Positions 33,671 to 47,662 of a DNA stretch of 64,000 bases are shown here, one piece after another. The stretch is from Takakia lepidozioides. Taxonomy: Eukaryota > Plantae > Bryophyta. Where the stretch lies: NCBI GenBank assembly GCA_030704615.1, contig CM060731.1, forward strand, positions 58,218,001 through 58,282,000, read 5' to 3'. The stretch's first letter is position 1. Each line of letters opens with the position of its first letter. The translations under genes and the position numbers were made by a program. The notes beneath the pieces were generated by a model. It saw only the letters and a program-made list of their open reading frames with translations. It was not told where the DNA came from and did no database searches.

Positions 33671-36600
33671 AACATGACTATGTCAAGGAATGAGGAAGAG
33701 TTTGAGATGAATTACATGAATGGGGTAGTGGATGCAACAAATGTGCTTGAGAGACAAAAGAATCTTGAGGTCTCGATTCTCACTTTGGAAAGATTAAAAA
33801 ATTGATTTATTGTACACTAACTAAACATTGGAGAGACTCTTACAACGAAAATCAAGCATTGCGACAAAATTGAAATATAAACAATATATTCGTCTAGCTT
33901 CAAGTTTTGGTCAAATGCTCTCTCCAACCATTATTTTTTGAATTCGAAAATCGTGATGTTACTTTGGTGCGTTTCTTCATACACAATCAATAAACTAAAA
34001 GCAAATGGTGATCAGTTTGGCATTCTAGGTTTGTTAAAACCCAATTTTACTCCAAACAATTTCGAGATTAAGACAAACTATTTATCTTATTATGTAGCAT
34101 AGGTAATCGTACAACAACGCACAGATTCAACTGCAACCATTTTATCTAAGTTCGGGTTCTGGACTAGAACGCCCACACACATTTGGATGTTGGGCATTGT
34201 CGTTGAGGCATAAGGGAGAACCAGTATTTGCTCTCAGTAAGAATAACAAGTCTGTTATACCAATAAAAGTGTCATCCACATATCTCCTAATCTTGTAGGC
34301 TGCAACTAATCCTCAGTCCCTTAGAATCTGAGTCACTTTAGTGGACGATCATGCTAGGAACATCGATGGATTGGAACAGTGGAAGAATATTTGTTTGCGC
34401 ATATTAAGTGGCAGGGGTTAGCTGTATAAGTGGATTCACAAATTGGGTAATGAGTGGGGTTTAACTTCATTTTCTCAATGGACTGATTGTGCAGTATCCA
34501 GGTTGGCAACATTGGTGAGGAAGTGGAGAGGGTGGTTGGAGAGGAGGGGGAAGCGGGGACTGCAGATTGTTTTATAAATATATATATATGACTACATCAC
34601 TACACGTGTCATTATAAAGGCATATACATGAATGAATTCATCCAATGGATGGGTTCATCCATCTGCCTATATGGTGTTAGGATGTAAAACATTCAAAAAG
34701 TTCAAAAGATTGGCTCGAATTTAGGATTGCTAGGTCGCAGTGTGCAAGGCTGGGACTTTGTGTTTTTTGGAGTCCGCGTGGTTCGAGAGCTCCGCACTTC
34801 GCCGAGCGGGAGGCTTAGGGACTTAGGTTTTTTTGGGGCTCCTTTGAGCTTCGGATGATGGGGGGAAGAAGTACAACCCGATGGAGGTTGGAATTTTTGT
34901 GTTGTCCATCTTTTGGATGTTTGCAACTCACCAAAGCCAGGCAGGAGCTGTCTGTGATCCACATCGATGTGGAGGTTCTCAAGACCTTGGTGGAGGTGCA
35001 ATGAGAAACCAATCGCACCCTCATCACCAAGACCAATGTTTTATCCTCCGATGTCAAGAGTTTGGCTTCAAAGGTGAAGAATCTTGCAGCAAGACTGCCC
35101 AAGGTCAAGGTGAGCATCAACTAAATTTGATTTTGAGTTGTAATCTTGAGTGTATATTGAAAACCATTTTTGAAATTATTTTATGTTGTTTGCATCAGGG
35201 ATATGCCTCGTAACACAAGTACCACCACCGGAAGAACTATTCTTGATGTATATAATTTGTGTGATGAAATATATGTCATGACACATTGTCATCAATACAA
35301 CACATTTTGAAGGACCATTAGACTTTCTTTGTCAGGTGTACATTCTTCATGTAAATTCGGCATTGGAAAGACTTTCAAGCATGATACAGGCTCTACAATT
35401 TTGTTGTGGTTTTACATTCCAATTTGTAACTGTAGCTAGACACAACTTGTTTCAGTCGCAAACGATCGGTCAACATCGAAGTTGCATGAAGCTATAGGTT
35501 TGGAATGTGTTAGGAATATCACACGGTCACCCAAGTGCACACATTGTATGACGTCAGTTGTGAAGCAATCTGCTTGTGAGTGATAGATATCCCGAGGTGC
35601 GAGAAGATCATTCAATGCACACTCGCCAGAGCTAGCTAGAGTGACGTCACCCTGGACTTCACCTTCTCTGCTACTGTTAGATTCCAGTATTCAGTGTTAT
35701 GACCTAGAACTCCTTTATGGTAATAATTTTTTTGTCGAAATTGCTTCAACAATGGCTTTCATTTTTCTTTGCATGCTTTCCCATCTATGTGGACAGTCCA
35801 TGTTCCACTTGACTGAGTATTTACCTCTAGTTTTAGGTATTACTTACATTATTTTTCTCACTTTATTGAAATCTCTCTCTCAGGTCACAAAGGACCTAAG
35901 GAGAGATGTTGTGGTTGTTGCTCAGTTATTGATCGAGCTCACCAAGGACAATGATAGACTCCGTGAAGAACGGAGGATCTCACAACCATATTTGAGGCAT
36001 ATGATGTTCATACATCGAAGGAGTCTTCTTTGCAAAGCCAGGAAAAATAGCCTCCAATCGTAATGAAAGGAGAGCAATCTGAGAAAGAATCATGCCTTCG
36101 CTCGAATCGATCTTGCCAGAAGAGACGATACGCGGACGACAGTCAAGAGAGAAGTGGAGTCAGTATGTCAACAACAACAGGGAAGATTTGAGATTACTTT
36201 TAGGCAATGACCGAGCCGTTGCGCTCCTGTGCCTATCTAAGCTTTCATTGTAGCAGCATGCTCCTAATTTGTAGCAAGGATGAGAGCCATAATCTGAAAG
36301 GAATCCCAGTTTTGACCTCATGGCTGCCTTTGACAATATTGTTGTTGTCCCCCTCTTCTTCCACGCCCTCTTTCTCCGCTCATCTGATGTTGTCTTGAAC
36401 CTAAATTTATTATTCGCATAGATTTATGAGGTTACAATTATGCTTCTAGTGATTGCCAATAATTGTGCTCCTACTAATTTAACCTCTTGATTCTATTGAA
36501 GCTTGGGTGACAACTAGTTTGAAAGTAAGCATAATGCAATGACTTCTACTCACAAGGGAAATTATCAAAAACAAAATGAGATCATGTGTTCACCTGATTG

Positions 36601-38074
36601 AGGCACATTCTCTGTAGCTTATTGTGCAAGCACATTATGTGTAGCTTCTTGTTGTTGTTGGTGTTGCTCCTGATATTATAAATTCACCATGATGAATGCG
36701 TCCTGTTGCTTACCACCATTCGTATCACACTAGACTCACCACAAAATACCACGCAATAACTTGTACAAACTGGATACACAACGTTGGAGGCACTAGACAC
36801 AACGCTAGATACTATCGGGAACATATTCTTGGGAACACATTTTTTGTTGGGAGCATATGCATAAAACGAAAAAAGATGAAGTTGCACCCTCGAAATGTAG
36901 GGGGTCTTAGTAACCCACGTATCCCAAACGTAAGTATAATATTTTGTACGATTACAAGAATAGCGGGAACAATGTTGCCCCCAGTCTCTAACCCCGCCGC
37001 CACGTCATCTGCCATGTCAAATGTTGAGATAAATCTAATCTCTAGTCCAAACAGTTACACCTTAGCAATGTCAAATATGTTTGGTTGTAAACTCTCATAT
37101 GACCCTTGGTGAGAATGGACCTTTATGAGATGTTGGAATTTTGATTTGGAAATTGGAGACATCACCAAGTAGATGCCGGGCCAAGAATTTGAATCTACAG
37201 GGCATCCACACATAGAATCTAGATGACAACAAAAAACCATGGTCAAACCTATATTTGGGATCTAATTATAATCTACCAATTCCAAAGGTGGAGGTTCCTA
37301 ATTTTTTGGGGATAGATGGATGTGGTAGTCAAGAATCTATTTGTAAGGTTCAAATTTGTGGATGATTCAGCATAATAAGATAGAGCTTATGACACGTAGG
37401 TATGTACAATTTTTGGGGTGGCTGGCAACCAAAATAGGTCTCATCATTTAAGGGTTAAGTATTGTTTTAAACAACTAAACAAATGTAGCCCTAAAGCCAA
37501 GTAACCACAGGACGTTTTTGCTGGCCATGAAAAGCAAAAAAAAAAAATTTTTGGCCAACAAGGGGATTAAGCCCTGATAAACTTTATTATAAAATATTTT
37601 TGGGGGGAACAGGGCCCTTACACATTATTTGGGATTACTTTGGGGAAAAAATTAAAACCCCTTAAACGCCATAAGGCACACACAAACGCAATTTTGTTAT
37701 TTTTTGTTGGCCATGCCTTCTCAAGGGAGGACCACGCAAATGGTTCAGCTGCTTTTGGCTTGTTTAGCACCGATACTTTTTCTTTCTTTTATTTTTTCTT
37801 CGATTACACTTCCAATTCGATCGAGAGAGTTGCCACCATAATATTCTGTCTATATTTCTAATGGATGACATCCCTGGATGATTAGTTTCATGGTCTTTAG
37901 GTCTGGAGTTCAACTTCTTGTGCATGCCATAAATAAGGATATTACCCTGCGGGCCACCTGGGTGATTCAGGGCTCAAATCCTGTTACCGCGATATTTATT
38001 AATAAACATTGTGTGATCTTCCAGATTTTTACTATCTATTCATCAATATATGAATCGAGACGTTTGTTTTGTTT

Positions 38075-39110
38075 TGTAGATTTGAGATGTTCCAAACCGC
38101 GGGGCCCGACGCTGGTGCTTGGTACCATTGGAAAGCCCTCGACGAGGAGGGGTGCACGGGCTTGGTCTCATGATTTTTGGACCTGCGGTGTGGGAGATGT
38201 GGAATTTCAAGTACTTTGGGTCGCTGGAAATTCCCGAAAAATAGCAAAGTGGGAATTCATGGGACTCTGGTTGGAGCCTTGAGAGGAGAGATATCAAGGG
38301 AAAGGTCTCCGGTTCAAATCTGGTCGTAGGCTCTGTGGAAAAAAAACGATGAGATATGGCTAAAACGAATTCAAGTACTTTTAGTTGCTGCACAATGATT
38401 GGAGCCTGGACATGCCAGATATCAAGGGAAATGTCTCCGGTTCAAATCTGGTCCTAGGCTTTGTGGAAAAAAATGATTAGATATGGCTTGCTTCATATAT
38501 TGATGTACTTGGACTTAGATGACATTGGACACTTGGGCCAACGGCACAGGGTACCCAGAAAATTCGGGAAAAATAGCAAAGTGGGCTTTTCTGGACGATT
38601 GGAGCCTCGACATGACATATATCAATAATGATTGGATATATTACTACCCAATAAATTCATGAAAAAATTTAATCTAGGCCTTAACATGGGAGACGAACTT
38701 GGATACATAGGAGATTGCACTTGGGCTTAGATGACACTAGACACTTGGGCCTCTACAGAGCGATGCACTTGGATACATGAATAGAAGATTGCACTTGGGC
38801 TTAAATGGGCCTCGACATAAGAGACGCACTTGCATACATAAGAAATTGCACTTGGTCTTAGGTTTCAATTCTTCACACATAGGCCAAAGGCGTAGGCTAC
38901 ACTAGAGGTCGCACTTGGGCCTCAACATAGGAGACGCATTGGGATAGATAGGAAATTTTACTTGGTCTTAGATTTAAAATTCTTCACACACATGGGCCAA
39001 AGGCACGTGCTACCATAAAGGTCGCACTTGGGCCTCGACATAGAGACGCGCTGGGATACGTAGAAGACGTTACACTTGGGCTTAGATGACACTTGGGGCA
39101 CAGGTTACCC
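38075..39110. repeat. Repeat-rich non-coding element: duplicated ~90-bp unit followed by a CACTTGG(G) motif array
   Basis: 38271-38361 resembles 38399-38488 (gatatcaagggaaa.gtctccggttcaaatctggtc); roughly a dozen cacttgg motifs at 38506-39098. Confidence 0.7.
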
Positions 39111-39725
39111 TAGTAATTACTAGAGGGCAGGGCTTGCATGAATTGCATGCATTTGTTTTGTTTTGTTTTGTTTTTTCTTAAAACAGAACAGGGGACAGCA
39201 ATTTGGTTCGACTGTGTTTCTATACTCACGAGAATAGCATACATCGACTGCTTCCAAGAATTGAACGGCTGATAATTTACTTTAGCTCTATCTATTTCAA
39301 TTTCACAGTAACCTTCTTCCTACCTGACACGTGGAAGATTCATAGTGGATGTGGCTACTTGGTGAGTTATTTAGAGAACCAAGTTGGAGGTCAGGAGAGT
39401 ACTGAGCAGTGAAACGTCGCCACGTCATTGTTTTTCAAACGAATTAATTTAGCCAAATTCCACGTCAGCAGGACCTCAAATCGCTACAGGGAGCTATGGC
39501 GGACTCGGAGCCACACCTTCCTCGTAAAATTCTACACTATCTTACACGCTTACCTCCGAGTTTTTGGATTCTGGATTGTGCAGGATGCCAAAGCAGGGTA
39601 GGAATTTCTAGAAACTGTCCTTGTTAAATTGTGCTGAGATCTGACCTTGATGCTGTGAAGATGTTGTGCTAAGACTGGGAATGTAGGAACCACGGAAGGT
39701 CCCTCGTTCTTCTCTCATATGTCAA

Positions 39726-42700
39726 ATGGAAACCTCGGGATTGCGAACGTATTCTCGTCTATTGGAGCCAGCGCCACGGTCCTGTCCATGCGAGAGTTCC
39801 TCCATGACCACGTTTGTGTGTATGCCAACCACTTCCATTCCATGTCTAAGAGCTAGCTGTGGATGTTCCCGTCATCTACATAAAACAAGGTGGACGTCAT
39901 ATTACGGGAGAGGCCACAGCCGCAGCCACTGCCAATTTAGGTGTAGTGAAGTCCGCACTGCATTGGAACAAAATGGTAGCTTGGATGGCAGAAGAAGGCG
40001 GAGGCTTGCATTGGGGATTTTCTCCCCGTCTATCTCAAGGCAAAACCTTCGGGTTGTTTGCATGGCTGTGAGTGCTTTGTTACTCTGCCTCGTTTCGTTT
40101 TAGATCATTTATTGCTTTACTATGCTTTGCCAGTACCCCATAGTTACAAGTCTGTGTGTGGGAGAACGACTTGTGATATTAATTTCGTTCTAGGAGGAAA
40201 AATTGCTGCATATAGGAATGGCTCCCCTCCCGCCAACCTGTTTCCCCTAGTCTCTCTCCCCACCTCCTCACTGCAAAGAAGCTATGTCACGAATACAAAA
40301 TACTCCAAAATAATAAGCAAAATGCAGTGTGAATCGACTGGTGTGGATAAACTTGCAGTTTGGGGAATAAATAAGTTATTGAATGAAGAAATTCTTGCAC
40401 ACCTACGGGAGTACGAAGCTTGAAGCCTCATCACGCGACCAAGGCAATAGAGTGGGAGCGAGGCTTGGTACCTGCATTCCTTTAACACTCCCTTAAGTGA
40501 ATAATCCAGCTATTTACAATGTAGTCTTCCAGATTGTGGAAGAAATGTAGTACCTGCATTCCTTTCCCATTACTTTACACAAATCACCCAGCAAAATCAG
40601 TAATATAGCATTCCAGATTGTGGAAGGAATGTTCTTGCAAGTGTGGTGTTTTTTGACCAGGCTTTTTGCCAAATATGCATGGAATTCAAGGAGTTCAATT
40701 TTTTCCCATAATTTGCAACTCTTGCATCTGAGGCCTTAGTTGTGTAATTCAATTTGGCCTTTGAGTATATTCAGGTTTCCATCATTCTAAATACTACTCA
40801 GTCACAGTGACTGCTGCTGATTGTCAATCTGACAAAGGGCTATTGGGTATTTGCAGGAGCCATATGTAATTTCAAAGCTTGATTCAGCCGAGCGCACCTA
40901 CAAGGAGCTCTCTGTAAAGTTTCTCACTATACGTGGTTTACGCTAAATACTAGAATGCTTTGAAAGATTGAAAGTTCATCTACAACCTGCCACTGTGCAG
41001 AGCACACAGTACAGTGAAGATTTTCAAGAGTCCACTGTGTCCGGATGCTTAGCTCTTGTTTTTTTTTTGAGAGGAAAAGGGGTGGAAGGTAAAGGGAATT
41101 CTAGTTGAGAATGGATACTCACCTGCTGTTGGGGGATAGGTGAGGCTGGCGGATCCGGACGTGGCCAGCAATAACACAGAGTACCAGAAAATTGCGAAAT
41201 CCATGGCTGAGCTGGAAGAGGTTCATCTTCTTCAACCCTAACTGTATCTCTGGATGTTCCTAAACTATCTGCCCTCTTTTGGCATGCTGCTTTGAAAGCA
41301 GGAATAGTTGAAGGTTTGTAAAGTCTATTCATTGGCTCAATTTGAACATTTGTGGCAAGCTTTAGAGGGAGCAGGACTGTCTGTGCTATAAAAGCATACA
41401 AAGATCAGTATTTGACTTTCAGATAGCCTTACCCCACACTGGTTAGAAAAGGTTTGATGTTAGGAACCGGGTCCCTTTCAGTCGGTTTGGATTTCTACAC
41501 ATGGAGTCCTCATTCCCAGTTCTTTTTGATGATATCTCATCCTGATATGTGCTTTACAAACATAATTATGTAAAGGTTCAAGTATGAAGATGATTGACAT
41601 TTCCCCATATGGTGTGTGGCATGCAGGTGGTGACAACATACCAGAATTTTAAAGGGTGTCAGGTCCAATTAGAAGAAGCTAAAGGTATGTCAGGGTTAGG
41701 TGTTCACATAGATGTTTGACAGTCACTAGGGAACAATCCTAATGAAGCATCATCATATAAAACCGTCGTCGACAGAATTATTTTTTTGAAAGAAGGTGCA
41801 TATAAATTGAGAAGAAGATCTCCTGGGATCAGTTTCGGTGCATATTATTGGGGAAGTCAAAACGTCACCAAGTGATATCAACATGTGCACTTTCTAGGTT
41901 GGGAAGTTATTACCCTATCATCGCTTTGGTTCCAAGACTGCTAATGGCACCCTGAATGTGCAGAGCTAGCAAAGGATTCAGCAGGAGACAGGGAGATGGC
42001 ACAGATGGCAGCAGAAGAGGCTAGCATGCTGACCCAACAAGTGGAAGAACTTGAAGAACTTCTCAAAGTAAGTCCTTTCGCTACTTCAGGTGGAGTTTTA
42101 GAATGCCTCATGATAGTGGTTACTACTAAAGTGGAACAATTTTGAGCATGTATAGTCCAGTCCCTGTTCATAAGCTCTTCTTGATTGTGCGCCCCACCTT
42201 GGCATGCGCCAGGCTGGGACTGCGGGCTGGGTTGATGCACGTCTCACCTTGGTACGCACTACAGGGCTGGGGGCTGCGCAGCCTATGGTCCAGTGAGGAG
42301 GACTTCAGAAAGCATCCTCCTCCCCCACTTTTGAAGATAATGATGTCTGTACCCTTCGGTACAGTTTGTACTGTTCACTTCAAAGGGTGGATGAAAATCA
42401 GGCTTTTGAGTGATAGCTCCTCCAAGGGCACATTATTTGCGATCTCCCGGTTATTGCAGTTGCGTATGCCCCTCCCAGTGGGGAGCCTTCAAAGGACATT
42501 AGGTAGGCTTCAACTGTGTTGCATGCCACACTCTATGCCTACTCCTACAACAGTCAATATATCTTGGGAAAGTAAAAAGCCCCACAAGATTAGAGTGGTA
42601 AAGGAAATCACTGTGGGGGTTTCTCTTACTTTTGGTCATGGCAGGTGCTTCTTCTCCCAACCGACCCTTTGGATGCCAGAAATATCATGCTTGAAGGTGG

Positions 42701-45700
42701 GCTACAAGATTTAATTCTCCTGGATTTCACATGCATAGTTTGTCTTCTGGTGCGACTGTAAGTGTGGATGATTTCTCTCAAGTTATGCACACTTCAAACT
42801 TTGGGTATCTGTTGGATTTAATGTGACAGTAAGAGCTGGAACAGGAGGGGACGAGGCGGGAATTTGGGCAGGAGATCTTGTCGGTACACACGTCCATGCT
42901 CGTTGTCCATTTCAAACCAGTCCCTTGCTATATTATTCATTTTTATATGCCCTGAGTGTAACCTGCACTATCCAAGTTTTGAACCTACCATACTCCTATC
43001 ACACTATCTGGAATCTTGTGTAATTCCTGGCGGCTTTATAGTTGTTAGTTACAGTAAAAGCAGGACTTGAGGAGCAATTTTCCTCTGGGTCCATGGTTTT
43101 TGTAAGCCCTTCAGTCAACGTCTTTGGGATTTGCTGGTGCAAGATCATCAAATCTACTATCGAGCTCTAGATCAAGTGTGATTAATGTTATCCTGGTCTC
43201 TATGCACCACTCATACAAGTTGTGTGGCATTTGCAGGTGCGCATGTATCAAAAATATGCAGAGCGCAATAGTTGGAAGTGCTCACCAATCTCTTGCACTG
43301 AGGTTTGAATACAAGGTGTCCCACCCCCACTTTCAAGATACTGAAATACACCATCGAGATACATAGTTTGAATGCTCAGCACCAAATTGTTGAGTCCAAT
43401 TCTGCCCTAAAATGGCTGCCCATGTCACTTTTGCAGGCAGAAAAGGGGGGCTACAAGGAGTTTGTGCTGGAGATTACAGGTGAGCGAGTCTATAGTAAGC
43501 TAAAATATGAAGCAGGTGTACACCGGGTCCAGCGTGTGCCAGCTACTGAGTCACAGGGCCGTGTCCATACCTCCACTGCCACTGTCGCCATCATGCCTGA
43601 GGTGAGGCTGGTTGATCACTGTTCCGTCACATTCTTGTGTGCTTCTTCATTTTTCTATATCACCTGGATGCAATAGCCTTCTAAATATGAAATCAGTGGG
43701 ATATTTAACCCTTCCAGGATGCTCATTCGTATGGAATGAAGCTTGTTCACAGCTCAGGATGTCTCATTCGCAAGATTGAGCTTTACTCTAGCTGGTATAC
43801 CATCCACTCAAGTGGATTGCAACATAGTCAATGAAAAATAACTTTGTGTACAGGGTCTGATTCCATCTGGGCCTGCAGGTGGACGAAGTGGAGGTGGTGA
43901 TTGATCCGAAGGACATAGATCTCACCACAGCCAGATCTGGCGGGGCAGGGGGTGAGTCTCCCATTGAAGCATCTCAAACTCCATTTGCAAACACCCCAAT
44001 CCATGAATGTAGGGTCATTCAAGGGTTTCACCAGTTGAAGGTTTCGGTACAATCTAGGGCACCCCGTATGCTGGAGATGCTCAAGATTATTGATGTTTCT
44101 GGATAGTTCAAGTTGTCAGTAAAATTGACCAGGTAGTTTTCAAGGTGTGGACTAGTACTCCGAAGTGGGACACTGTTCCTCCTTTGAAACAAAAAACAAG
44201 CAAAGTGCCATTTTAGAATTCCAAAGAGAAAATCTCATGAGTGCTGCATATGGAAGTAGGTGATCAGGATAAAGCCGATGCAAATTGATGGTGTACGGGG
44301 GCTGGTGTACAAATGTGCTTGGGGGGCCACAGGGCAGAATGTAAACAAGGTGGAAACTGCAGTAGATCTGGTACATAAGCCTACAGGTATTCGTATTTTC
44401 TGCACTGAGGAGCGCTCCCAACTCAAGAACAAAATCCGTGCTTTTCAGCTTCTTCGTGCCAGACTGTGCGTCCTTAACCCTTTCTTTTTAAATGTATCCT
44501 TACTGTTAGATTCTACATTTTTCTCAAACAATTTCAAATGCCCCAGATCAAACCAACTCTCTCTCTGTCATTGTCCGGGATATTCTGACCAGATAGTGAC
44601 CTCTTCAGGACAATCAAGAACATTGTTCCTGTACCTCTATTCACCAACTTTCAAAATCTTGAGGCCGAGCCTAAAGCCCTGGCCCTGTTGGGGTCTAATT
44701 GCTGGGCAGCTCAAACACAGCAAGTTGATGCTTGTGTGAAGGTCTTTCTAGAGGATATTTGGAAATTCCAACTAAGTGTCTCTATCAAGGTAAGTCCCAG
44801 TGCCCGGAGCGAGCCCCTCACAAAGGTAGTATCTGTGCCCTTTTGTTCTGCCCAAACTGAGCGCAGGGGCTGTGGCCACAGGCTTAGGCCGGCCCTGTTG
44901 GGGTCTAATTGCTGGGCATCTCAGAATGATGCTTGCATGAACCAGAGGGAATCTCAAAGGTAGTGTCTGTTCCCTCTTGTTCCACCCAAACTGGGCTTAG
45001 GGGCTACGCAAACAACATCTATGAGTCTGTCTCGCTCTCTCTCTCACACAAACACACACATGAGAATCTCAAACACACTTGTATGGTTACTTATACTTTT
45101 ATTATATTTTTGTCTGGGTTTGAAGTACCCATTCAGGATGCTGTGATTGTCTTCTTGTTGAGTCCATTACTGACTCTCAGATGGTTGGACAGATATGACA
45201 TTAAACTCAGGGAGCAGCAGGAGAGCATCAGTTCACAGCGCAAATCACAGGTGTGAGACATACCTGTGAGCCACTTGAGCTATGCCTAATGTGCATGTGC
45301 AGTAACTTTGCTCACATGTCAGTCAATTCTAGATGCGTTTTCACTAATGTATGCACATGCAAGCCAAACACATGTGCCATGTATGTGTGTTCAGCCAAGT
45401 GTGGACTAAGACACTTCTTCCCATCACAGTGATGACTGACATGCTCGGAGTGCAGGTAGGGACTGGGGCACGCTCCGAGAAGATCCGCACTTACAACTAT
45501 AAGGTCCTATTCGTGTTCTTGATTTCCTCTGAGATATAGTTAGATGGAGTTTCAAATTGCAGTTTTTTGATGGTTAGTTTGGGTGCTGTGATACCCCTGA
45601 TGATTTTCAGCTCTTTTGCAGTTGAAGTCTTTGCATTGATGAGAGTGTGGGCTCATGTCAGTGTGCTCTAGAACAGCTAATGTGGCTGTTCAGGGCAAGT

Positions 45701-47662
45701 TTGGTGTACCGCCCCTGAGCTCTTGATGAGATGAGTTGAAAGTTAGATGGTGCGGTCAGTTGAATCTTACGCCTAATACCAGATACCCTAAGATGATCGG
45801 CTGTATTTTTAGGAGGCAAGACCGTCCTTTTAAACATTCGTCCCTGCACCTCTGTTCACCAACAAAATCTCGATGCTGAGCCTAAAGGCCTGGCCCTGTT
45901 GGTGGCTGTGGGCAGCTCAAACAGCAGATTAATGTTTGTATTCTAGAGGAAATCTGGAAAGCCCGAACCAATTGTTAATACCAAAGTAAGTCCCACTACT
46001 GAAGTCAGATATGTTGTCTGTTCCCTCCTGTTCTGCCCAAACTGGTCGTGGGTTCTATGGCCACAAGGCTACGGCAAACGTCTTATCAGTACATTCCTAT
46101 TGTTCCCCCCCAAACTGGGGATGGGGTCTATGGCCACAATGCTGTGGCAAACAACATCTTATGATTACATTCTTTCTCTCTCTTATACTGACCTTGAACA
46201 GTAGGACCATTTAAGACCCTTTGCAGTGGACTTGTCAAAAAGCCCAAACTCAGGAATGATCCATTGTGGATCATCTCGTAGTGGACAAGGAGTTGTTCCC
46301 CCAGTGTGCCAAAGTGTTGGTTGATGGAACCGATATTGGTAATTCTGACCACTTTCTTGTCTGGACTGAGATCAGAGGGTGTATTCTTAACATAAAGAGA
46401 TCTGTGAAATGTTCGATTCGAAAGTGTCGCATAGAAAAATTCCAGATGGGAGAGGTCTGGACAGACTATGTCCAGGCCTTAAATTAGGCTTCTTGGGAGA
46501 GTTCCATCACTTCTGCGGCTGAGAAGTTCATAGGGAGGAAACTAATGTCTGCAGTAAAGCAGTAAATTTGTGGTCCAATGAGATCAAGGTCAAGATTGCT
46601 GAGAGACAGGCACTTTTTATGGACTTCTGTAATGTAAAAATTGACACAGAGCTGTGGCCTAGATGTTAAGTAATGTCTGATGCCCATAGACTGTCTGAGG
46701 AAATGAAGTTAGGCATGAAACTTCCCTGCGCTTGTTTCCAGTCTGTGGCATGGGCAAGACATAGAATATCTGATGATTTGAGGCCTAGTTACCCTCAGCA
46801 CTAGACTACGATTTAAACCTGGGGGGGGCGGGGAGAGCCTAGGCACCTTCGAACAATGAACAGATGCAGAGAGGAAAGGAGAGTGTAAATGCCCAATTTC
46901 CGGGCAACCTGAAGACTATTGAAATTTATGATTCATTGTCCGGAGTATTCTCACTAGAGAGTGACTCTGTTCAGGGACATCAAGAACATGGTTCTTGCAC
47001 CTCTGGTCACCAACATAGAAACTTGAGAGGCTGAGCCTGAAGCCCTCGCCCTGTTTACACACACACAGCCACTGCGTGTGGAATCAGTGGGACCACAAAT
47101 TCCTCCACATTAAAAAACTGATGACTGAGGTCACACGGGTGCTTTCCACGCAAGAAGGCAATGAGAAGTGCAAGCTTACCTTGGATTGACCATTTTGATC
47201 TGACAATGGGAAACCTTCAATGTTCATAGGCTCAGCGCAACTTGCAAGATACTGATTTTTGGAATGAAATTATAAATGCAGGACAACCGAGTATCAGACC
47301 ATCGCACCAAAATCAATTTTGATCTCATGTCATTTCTGAACGGGGACATGGAGGGAGCTGTGCAGGTATGGAATGCAACCAACTTCAACTTGCATTTTTG
47401 ATAACACCCTTCATCTGCGATGATGTAGATCTGAGAGCAAACCTGTTATTTATTGCACCGTGCCAAAGGTTTACAATTTACTCCAAATTCTGGGGTGTAA
47501 CCTTGGTTAGCGTTAAGGAAATTGTGATTGCCAAGATTTGAGGAACAGTTTTTGAACAAAGGTAATATTGAATGATGTATGTGGGTGCAGTCATGTACAG
47601 CAATGGAACAAAAGGAGTTGCTAGAGGAGCTTGCTGCTTCCACAAATGCTTCAACTGTCTGA
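39726..47662 (+). CDS. APG3: Chloroplast peptide chain release factor 1 (prfA/APG3-like), 15 exons
   Basis: Exons 39726-40067, 40857-40913, 41140-41220, 41627-41684, 41964-42067, 42645-42696, 42830-42879, 43237-43302, 43437-43601, 43879-43951, 44333-44465, 45193-45250, 45456-45503, 47282-47365, 47591-47662, all GT-AG and phase-consistent. Transit peptide ends VCMA|EPY; [12 protein letters not shown] motif (VPATE), GGQ split by an intron, [10 protein letters not shown]. Confidence 0.93.
44565..47060 (+). mobile_element. Multiple non-LTR retrotransposon (LINE) fragments in APG3 introns
   Basis: Related ~150-bp segments at ~44570-44730, ~45840-45930 and ~46935-47055; APE-endonuclease-like remnant [17 protein letters not shown] at ~46260-46370; (CT)n-tailed ends at ~45000 and ~46130. 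Confidence 0.6.

Noticed and set aside
34680-37250. Degenerate TE or gene remnants
   Set aside because: Coding-like patches, but no family could be assigned from the sequence alone
38500-39110. CRISPR-like array (also considered for 3730-4110)
   Set aside because: Eukaryotic context, short degenerate motifs, irregular and mutually similar spacers, no cas genes
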